A stretch of DNA of 5,714 nucleotides from a virus. The DNA lies in IMG/VR virus record IMGVR_UViG_3300045988_000358, positions 1 to 5,714 of that record; one strand, 5' to 3'. The notes beneath the pieces are model-generated. The model was not told the origin of the DNA, ran no database searches, and worked only from the letters and a program-made list of their open reading frames with translations. The translations under genes and the position numbers were made by a program. Positions 1-3,616 of the stretch are shown one piece after another (position 1 is the stretch's first letter; the number at the start of each line of letters is the position of its first letter).

Positions 1-55
1 AGTATGCTACGTCTTCATCATCTGTTTTAATTACTGCCGCGTTGCCTACGTTTTC
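1..55. repeat. Terminal redundancy, copy 1. Bases 1-55 are identical to 5660-5714, which is the overlap signature of a circular genome assembly.
   Basis: Base-by-base comparison: agtatgctacgtcttcatcatctgttttaattactgccgcgttgcctacgttttc occurs at both window ends. The minus-strand capsid reading frame stays in frame across the junction. Confidence 0.95.
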
Positions 56-544
56 GTCTCGGAAAAATTCGTTCCAGATCATGACATATGCTCGGACTGG
101 CAGTGCGTTGACTGTGAAAACTCCCTTTATTTTTGTCGGCACTCCCATGTAGTCTAAAATCGAACCTTCTCTTGGCGCTGTTTCTTCACCTGTGCCGTTT
201 ATGATGATTTTTGGGATTTCATATGTCTTTGTTGGCATCCATGGCGTATCTTCTACCTCTCCCATGAACTGTTTGAAATGATCCCACAGAATTCTACTAG
301 GACAATAGAAATAGTAGAAGTCAATGAATGCATCATCCATCACCGGATATTTCGGTGTGGTCATTCTAATGATTGCTGACGTGTCCACGCTAAATGTGTC
401 GCCCGGTAATACTTCGTCTACGTAAAACGGAATCAGTTTGCCGGAATCAAATGTTGTGAGAATAGTCTGGTCACGGTTGAACCGCGTTCGACTTGCTTTC
501 ATTTCTGGAATTTGATTGAAGTGTCGTTCATTGTTTCGGTTCAT
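1..544 (-). CDS. VP1: Major capsid protein VP1 (Microviridae F-protein family), N-terminal part. The CDS continues at 5659 on the circle. The full CDS is complement(join(4515..5659,1..544)), 1689 nt, 562 aa.
   Basis: Hand translation from ATG 544..542 gives MNRNNERHFNQIPEMKASRTRFNRDQTILTTFDSGKLIPFYVDEVLPGDTFSVDTSAIIRMTTPKYPVMDDAFIDFYYFYCPSRILWDHF... The hFnqiP..RSRF.R...TTFd.G.LiPfy.dEVLPGDTF pattern is the conserved N-terminus of gokushovirus-type VP1. A strong SD (AAGGAGG) lies 7 nt upstream. The ATG overlaps the VP3 stop as ATGA. The frame joins exactly to ORF 4515..5660 (...DDEDVAY-L-DEKPTEETF...). Confidence 0.93.
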   Translation of the reverse strand, partial: MNRNNERHFNQIPEMKASRTRFNRDQTILTTFDSGKLIPFYVDEVLPGDTFSVDTSAIIRMTTPKYPVMDDAFIDFYYFYCPSRILWDHFKQFMGEVEDTPWMPTKTYEIPKIIINGTGEETAPREGSILDYMGVPTKIKGVFTVNALPVRAYVMIWNEFFRDENVGNAAVIKTDDEDVAY

Positions 545-939
545 TCTCCGCCCTCCTTTGCTTTAGGTTCTGCTTTAGCTTCTGTTTCCGCCTTTTTTTG
601 CAGTTCTTCAAGTTTCATGGCGTTTGCCTGTGCGGTCGCGATCATGCGATGATACTCATGAATGTTCTGTGGGAATTCCGTAATATCCGTGTATGTATCG
701 TTTAGTGCTCCTTCCGACAGGCTTTTCAGAAACTGTGGGTCAAAACTTGCTTTTCGGACGATGCTTTTGATATCACATTCGTCCGCATAGCTTTCAATTT
801 CCTGTTGGATATCGATTGGTTCAGTTTCTTGCAGTACTTCTTCTCCTTTCTCGTTTTTCGTCCAGACGTATTGTTTTTGGAGTTTTTCGCCTGATTCAGA
901 AAAGAAGGGCTCTCGCCCTTCTTCATATCGTTTATTCAT
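541..939 (-). CDS. VP3: Internal scaffolding protein VP3-like, 132 aa. The start is re-assigned to ATG 939..937, not 1059 as in the ORF track.
   Basis: MNKRYEEGREPFF...CDIKSIVRKASFDPQFLKSL...EFPQNIHEYHRMIATAQANAMKLEELQKKAETEAKAEPKAKEGGE. It has the size, acidic/helical character and position (immediately upstream of VP1 and coupled to it by ATGA at 541..544) expected of gokushovirus VP3. SD GGGAGGG lies 8 nt upstream of ATG 939. The track extension 940..1059 overlaps the upstream gene and is an R/S/T-rich out-of-frame artefact. Confidence 0.65.
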   Translation of the reverse strand: MNKRYEEGREPFFSESGEKLQKQYVWTKNEKGEEVLQETEPIDIQQEIESYADECDIKSIVRKASFDPQFLKSLSEGALNDTYTDITEFPQNIHEYHRMIATAQANAMKLEELQKKAETEAKAEPKAKEGGE

Positions 940-1171
940 GCGGCTTGCCCTCCCATACCTTTTCCTTGTCGTTCGTGAACGTGCCCAGCTCGTCTTCGAA
1001 CGCTGCCAGTTTGAAGCCGGTGTAGTCGCCGGGCGCCTGCCCGACAAACGTTTTTTCATCCTTTGCCATTACGTTGCACATACGTGCAAAGGTTGCATTG
1101 TTTTTGCTCTCGCCTACCCATGCGTAGCACTTTGCTACGCTATCCCACAGGCCAAAATATTCATGCTTCAT
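932..1171 (-). CDS. Small non-structural protein, VP5/ORF5-like, 79 aa.
   Basis: MKHEYFGLWDSVAKCYAWVGESKNNATFARMCNVMAKDEKTFVGQAPGDYTGFKLAAFEDELGTF... This fits the pattern I recall for the gokushovirus ORF5 family: F.i.D......f.......A.R.F, then a DY.L..lG.fD...G segment. SD AAGGAAGGA lies upstream of ATG 1171. The gene overlaps the VP3 start by 8 nt. Confidence 0.5.
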   Translation of the reverse strand: MKHEYFGLWDSVAKCYAWVGESKNNATFARMCNVMAKDEKTFVGQAPGDYTGFKLAAFEDELGTFTNDKEKVWEGKPHE

Positions 1172-1192
1172 GATATCTATCCTTCCTTTCTT

Positions 1193-1315
1193 TTACAGCC
1201 GGATGCCGCCGCGCATAGGTTTCTGGCTAAGGTTGATGGTTTTGGTTTTTCGTGCTGTTACGTTGAACACACGGCGGTCTTTTGCCCCGCCCATTATCTT
1301 ACGATGTCGCGCCAT
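1193..1315 (-). CDS. Small basic DNA-binding/packaging protein, 40 aa. It is a functional analogue of phiX174 J and gokushovirus ORF8/VP8. It is not in the supplied ORF track.
   Basis: Hand translation gives MARHRKIMGGAKDRRVFNVTARKTKTINLSQKPMRGGIRL. It carries 12 Arg/Lys/His in 40 residues. The ..R.F..TA......N......MRGGiRL C-terminus is the pattern I recall for microvirus J-like peptides. SD GGGAG lies 7 nt upstream of ATG 1315..1313 and the TAA stop is at 1195..1193. Confidence 0.65.
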   Translation of the reverse strand: MARHRKIMGGAKDRRVFNVTARKTKTINLSQKPMRGGIRL

Positions 1316-1526
1316 TGTTACACTCCCTTCTCATTAATTCAATTTCAATTGTGTTTGCGTAGCTTTTCATCTGCCAAATTTCATCTATTAGCATTTTTGC
1401 ATCTTCGATGTCTGATACTTTTCTAAGCATTTTGTAATTGCTGTTAATTTCTTTGTATTTTTTTTCGAGCTGTCTTTCTAGTGTTTCTTTGGGCTGGTCT
1501 CGTACGTTCCAAGATTTGTACATCAT
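1299..1526 (-). CDS. Hypothetical protein, 75 aa, predicted helical and highly charged. The start is re-assigned to ATG 1526..1524.
   Basis: MMYKSWNVRDQPKETLERQLEKKYKEINSNYKMLRKVSDIEDAKMLIDEIWQMKSYANTIEIELMRRECNNGATS. A perfect SD (AAGGAG, 1539..1534) lies 7 nt upstream of ATG 1526. The gene sits in the same-strand operon, 4 nt after the preceding stop. I recognise no family. Confidence 0.5.
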   Translation of the reverse strand: MMYKSWNVRDQPKETLERQLEKKYKEINSNYKMLRKVSDIEDAKMLIDEIWQMKSYANTIEIELMRRECNNGATS

Positions 1527-1530
1527 GGCT

Positions 1531-1653
1531 TTACTCCTTTTCATTTTCATTGATGCTATCATGCAGTGCGTGATAGATTTCGTCAAGCTTTTCGAGAATC
1601 TGCATCATAATGCGGATTGCCTGTTTGACGTCCTTAATGGAAATCAGTGCCAT
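1531..1653 (-). CDS. Hypothetical micro-protein, 40 aa. It is not in the supplied ORF track.
   Basis: Hand translation gives MALISIKDVKQAIRIMMQILEKLDEIYHALHDSINENEKE. ATG 1653..1651 lies 1 nt after the peptidase stop (TAA 1657..1655), with GGGGG 6 nt upstream. Its own stop (1533..1531) abuts the SD of the next gene. It looks like an amphipathic helix with no transmembrane segment. Confidence 0.4.
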   Translation of the reverse strand: MALISIKDVKQAIRIMMQILEKLDEIYHALHDSINENEKE

Positions 1654-1654
1654 C

Positions 1655-2044
1655 TTATACCCCCTTTCTGTATTTGCTGGCGCGTGTGTCTATGTGTACC
1701 CACGTATTGTATACGATAATGCCGCATTCATACGGAATGATTTTATTCAGTTCGTTGGCAATTTCTTTTGCGGTCATGCCGTTAATTCGGATGTCTGCAG
1801 CCATACCGCGCATATGGTATGAGTACTTTGCACCGCCTACCTCTTCATTCCTTGCCGGTGTCCTGTATCCGCTGTTGATGATTACAGGCTTTCCGACATG
1901 GTTTCTGAGAATGTCCAGGATTGACACTAGGTAACTATCTATAAAAACTACCTGTGAACCGTCTTTGCAGGCGAATTCCCTTACTTTGAAGTGCTGCCCT
2001 ACTTTTTCGTTTGCGTCTGTGTCCATGATATAGCTTTTAATCAT
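1655..2044 (-). CDS. Zinc D,D- or L,D-peptidase of the M15 family (Peptidase_M15_3 / YcbK-like fold), 129 aa. The start is re-assigned to ATG 2044..2042.
   Basis: MIKSYIMDTDANEKVGQHFKVREFACKDGSQVVFIDSYLVSILDILRNHVGKPVIINSGYRTPARNEEVGGAKYSYHMRGMAADIRINGMTAKEIANELNKIIPYECGIIVYNTWVHIDTRASKYRKGV. The motifs are F..kEF.C, SGYR.p..N..vGGa..S.H..G.AaD, and vHvD. These supply the H-D-H zinc ligands of M15 cell-wall peptidases. SD GGGGGAG lies 4 nt upstream of ATG 2044. The track start at 2098 is a TTG that is actually the first three bases of the promoter -35 hexamer. Confidence 0.85.
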   Translation of the reverse strand: MIKSYIMDTDANEKVGQHFKVREFACKDGSQVVFIDSYLVSILDILRNHVGKPVIINSGYRTPARNEEVGGAKYSYHMRGMAADIRINGMTAKEIANELNKIIPYECGIIVYNTWVHIDTRASKYRKGV

Positions 2045-2069
2045 TTTGCTCCCCCGCTTTCTATTGTGG

Positions 2070-2113
2070 ATTGTATCATGTATTTTGTCGCATGTCAATT
2101 GTTTTTTGTTTTG
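2070..2113 (-). promoter_or_regulatory. Near-consensus sigma70/sigmaA-type promoter with an A-rich UP-like element. It is the probable main phage promoter.
   Basis: The minus strand reads AAAACAAAAAACAA-TTGACA-tgcgacaaaatacatga-TACAAT. The -35 TTGACA is at 2098..2093, the spacer is exactly 17 nt, and the -10 TACAAT is at 2075..2070, preceded by TGa (extended -10). The A-tract covers 2113..2099. The predicted transcription start is near 2063, about 20 nt upstream of the peptidase ATG. Confidence 0.6.
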
Positions 2114-2116
2114 AAC

Positions 2117-2130
2117 GGCGCTTTAGCGCC
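2117..2130. repeat. Short GC hairpin GGCGC-TTTA-GCGCC. It contains the first copy of the CGCTTTAGCG motif.
   Basis: A perfect 5-bp inverted repeat with a 4-nt loop lies directly upstream of the UP-like A-tract. CGCTTTAGCG (2119..2128) recurs exactly at 2325..2334. Confidence 0.7.
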
Positions 2131-2190
2131 TTGCCGTGCGGAGCGCATGCGGAGCTCGGCTAAATCCATTCCTTTTTAGCGCTGTGCGCG

Positions 2191-2303
2191 TTTTCAACAC
2201 TTTCAACACTTTCAACATGTTTTCAACAAAATGTTGCACAATGATTTTCGTCATTTTGACGGACTTTCAACAATTCAACAATTTTTCAACAAAATTTTCA
2301 ACA
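2191..2303. repeat. Iteron array: eight copies of TTCAACA (extended consensus TTTTCAACA; TGTTGAAAA on the coding strand).
   Basis: TTCAACA starts at 2193, 2202, 2211 and 2222 (block 1, spacings 9, 9, 11) and at 2266, 2274, 2285 and 2297 (block 2, spacings 8, 11, 12). A degenerate ninth copy, TTCAACT, is at 2351..2357. A partial inverted copy, TGTTGCA, is at 2232..2238. Confidence 0.9.
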
Positions 2304-2441
2304 GCATTTTTTGCTTTTTATTTACGCTTTAGCGTTAAATTTTAGTACTTTTCAACTTTTCCACTACCTCTACTACTACTCCTACAACAAGTTATATATT
2401 TTACGGCGCTTGTGAGCTTGCGAACAATAGCGCTGAAGAGC

Positions 2442-2484
2442 CGCGCGTGCGCGCGTGCGCGCTTCGCGCGCGTGTGCACGCGCG
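2442..2484. repeat. GC-rich imperfect palindrome that alternates pyrimidine and purine (potential cruciform/hairpin, Z-DNA-prone).
   Basis: 2442..2460 pairs with 2466..2484 across the loop gcttc. This gives 19 stacked positions: 16 Watson-Crick pairs and 3 G.T pairs (2451/2475, 2453/2473, 2456/2470). 2442..2462 (21 nt) and 2466..2484 (19 nt) are each perfect Y-R alternations made of CG, TG and CA steps. Confidence 0.85.
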
Positions 2485-2544
2485 ATAAAGGTATAGCTAT
2501 TTGATAGACTGAATAGATTGATACATGGATTCTTTAAATGGTAA

Positions 2545-2578
2545 TAGCCCAGTACCTTACTTGATAGGTACTGGGCTA
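2545..2578 (-). terminator. 13-bp perfect stem-loop 19 nt downstream of the VP4 stop. Candidate end-of-operon terminator or ssDNA structural element.
   Basis: TAGCCCAGTACCT (2545..2557) and AGGTACTGGGCTA (2566..2578) are exact reverse complements around an 8-nt loop. On the coding strand the stem is followed by TTACCATTTAAAG, which is only a weak U-tract. Confidence 0.35.
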
Positions 2579-2596
2579 GGTGACACCATGACACTG

Positions 2597-3616
2597 TTAA
2601 AGTGTCCCTTTTTTCTTCATTTGCTTCTTTATCACTCTCTCTTTTGTTTTGCATTGTTCTGCAAAGTCTGCGTTTTCGTACTTTAGTCGGTTTTCTGCGA
2701 TTGCCGCTTTCTGCCTGTTCTGTTTAATTCTCCACAATCTTTGTGGGTTTTCAGCTTCCATCATTTTTTCATAATAACGTGGAATTTGTGCGTGTTTGCC
2801 GTTTGTGCATTGGATATACCCTCGCTTCCAGATTTCTGCTTTGTGTTCTTGATAGTAGTGGTCTCCTAGACCCGGTTTAAGGCTCATACATGCGAATGGC
2901 TTTGCTTGCCCTAGTTCGTAGTATGCATTTGCTTTTTTACCGTCTATCTCGTACATTTTTTTTGTGACGTATCCTGCAACATATCTATATGTTTCTGGCA
3001 CTGCTTGTGCTATCTGTATTTGACCCATGCCCCATAGGTCTTCTAGCCATTTGCTTGTGAAGTATCCGTTGTGTTGTATTTTGTATAGGTGTTCTAGGTC
3101 TGTTGGCTGCCATCCATACAGTATCATGTGATAATGCGGTCTAGCTGTCTGTTCTCCGTACTCTCCCGCTATAAAATAGCGTAATTTGCCCTTATAAGCC
3201 TTTCTGAGGCGTTTTAAGAACTTTTGAACGTCAGTATACAGTAACGTTTGGACGCTTTCAGGGCGCTTCTCTCCCGGCTTCCAGACGTATTGCACTTTTC
3301 GCATTATTTCACCTGTGTTTACTATCATGCCCGGTACATGGTCATCGTCATAAGTTAATGTTATAAACCAGACTTCTTCTTTTGGATAATCTCGTGCTTC
3401 TAATTCTATTCGTGTTGTCCAGTCCTCTCTTTGTCTGATTCTGCATCCGATGCACTGCCCGCATGGTATCAACATGACATCTTTCCTATACATCAAATCC
3501 TCATATTTTAGCTGTCTTCCCGATATTTCGGAAAAGCGGGAGAGTGAATACACCCTCCCGCTGATATTTTTATTGTTCGGGTTGTACAGCCTTATTAATG
3601 GCTTGTAACAACTCAT
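2597..3616 (-). CDS. VP4: Replication initiation protein VP4 (HUH rolling-circle endonuclease, phiX174 gpA family), 339 aa.
   Basis: The N-terminus is MSCYKPL. There is a Cys cluster (PCGQCIGCR), RCR motif 1 (FITLTYDD), the HUH motif (RPHYHMILYG) and a double-tyrosine catalytic motif (YVAGYVTKK; compare phiX174 A, YVAKYVNKK). The ATG overlaps the VP2 stop as ATGA at 3613..3616. Confidence 0.93.
   Translation of the reverse strand: MSCYKPLIRLYNPNNKNISGRVYSLSRFSEISGRQLKYEDLMYRKDVMLIPCGQCIGCRIRQREDWTTRIELEARDYPKEEVWFITLTYDDDHVPGMIVNTGEIMRKVQYVWKPGEKRPESVQTLLYTDVQKFLKRLRKAYKGKLRYFIAGEYGEQTARPHYHMILYGWQPTDLEHLYKIQHNGYFTSKWLEDLWGMGQIQIAQAVPETYRYVAGYVTKKMYEIDGKKANAYYELGQAKPFACMSLKPGLGDHYYQEHKAEIWKRGYIQCTNGKHAQIPRYYEKMMEAENPQRLWRIKQNRQKAAIAENRLKYENADFAEQCKTKERVIKKQMKKKGTL

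Noticed and set aside
726-926. 66-aa basic ORF embedded out of frame in VP3.
   Set aside because: There is no SD before ATG 926, the composition is typical of an out-of-frame reading of an acidic, Lys-rich gene, and I recognise no motif.
940-1059. N-terminal extensions in the ORF track: 940..1059 on VP3, 1527..1586 on the 75-aa ORF, 2045..2098 on the peptidase, and the M at 5660 on VP1.
   Set aside because: Each extension overlaps an upstream gene or the promoter, or is an internal codon (the TTG at 5660 is a Leu inside VP1). Each real start has a proper SD at 4-9 nt spacing.
938-1426. Plus-strand ORFs: 816..1025, 938..1426, 1438..1719, 1610..1822, 1647..1934, 1991..2179, 3662..4045, 4133..4360, 4278..4682, 4942..5226, 5260..5541, 5267..5563.
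   Set aside because: All are antisense shadows of well-supported minus-strand genes. Their translations are Leu/Phe/Cys-rich and low in complexity, they lack SD sequences, and Microviridae transcribe one strand only.
2095-2169. 24-aa minus-strand mini-ORF (MDLAELRMRSARQGAKAPFKTKNN) in the GC-rich block upstream of the promoter.
   Set aside because: The AAGGA abuts the ATG with essentially no spacer. The ORF runs through the repeated TGCGGAGC and hairpin motifs, ends inside the -35 hexamer, and is very short.
2191-2303. Could the short repeats be a CRISPR array or a tRNA/ncRNA gene?
   Set aside because: The repeat unit is 7-9 nt with 1-5 nt spacers, far below CRISPR dimensions. No cloverleaf-compatible stems or conserved tRNA boxes were seen anywhere in 2045..2596.
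2136-2345. 69-aa plus-strand ORF spanning the iteron array (…FNTFNTFNMFSTK…).
   Set aside because: The periodic peptide is simply the translated TTCAACA repeat. The ORF is on the wrong strand for this virus, has no SD, and is full of hairpin motifs.
2346-2390. 45-nt G-free tract with a (TAC)3 microsatellite (ccactacctctactactactcctacaacaa). It gives clustered TAG triplets on the coding strand.
   Set aside because: Three repeat units is too short to call a functional microsatellite. No reading frame opens up even if TAG is read through. I note it only as a compositional oddity of the non-coding region.
2398-2427. Possible second minus-strand promoter: TTGTTC (2427..2422), 18 nt, TAAAAT (2403..2398).
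   Set aside because: The -35 is weak (3/6) and the spacer is non-optimal. The transcript would cover only non-coding repeats before reaching the strong promoter. It is no better than chance in AT-rich DNA.
2382-2654. 90-aa minus-strand ORF overlapping the VP4 3' end and running through the GC palindrome (…ARAHAREARTRARAAL…).
   Set aside because: The Ala/Arg run is the translation of the CG/TG alternating palindrome. The ORF also reads through the 13-bp hairpin, I found no convincing SD, and its start lies inside VP4 in another frame.
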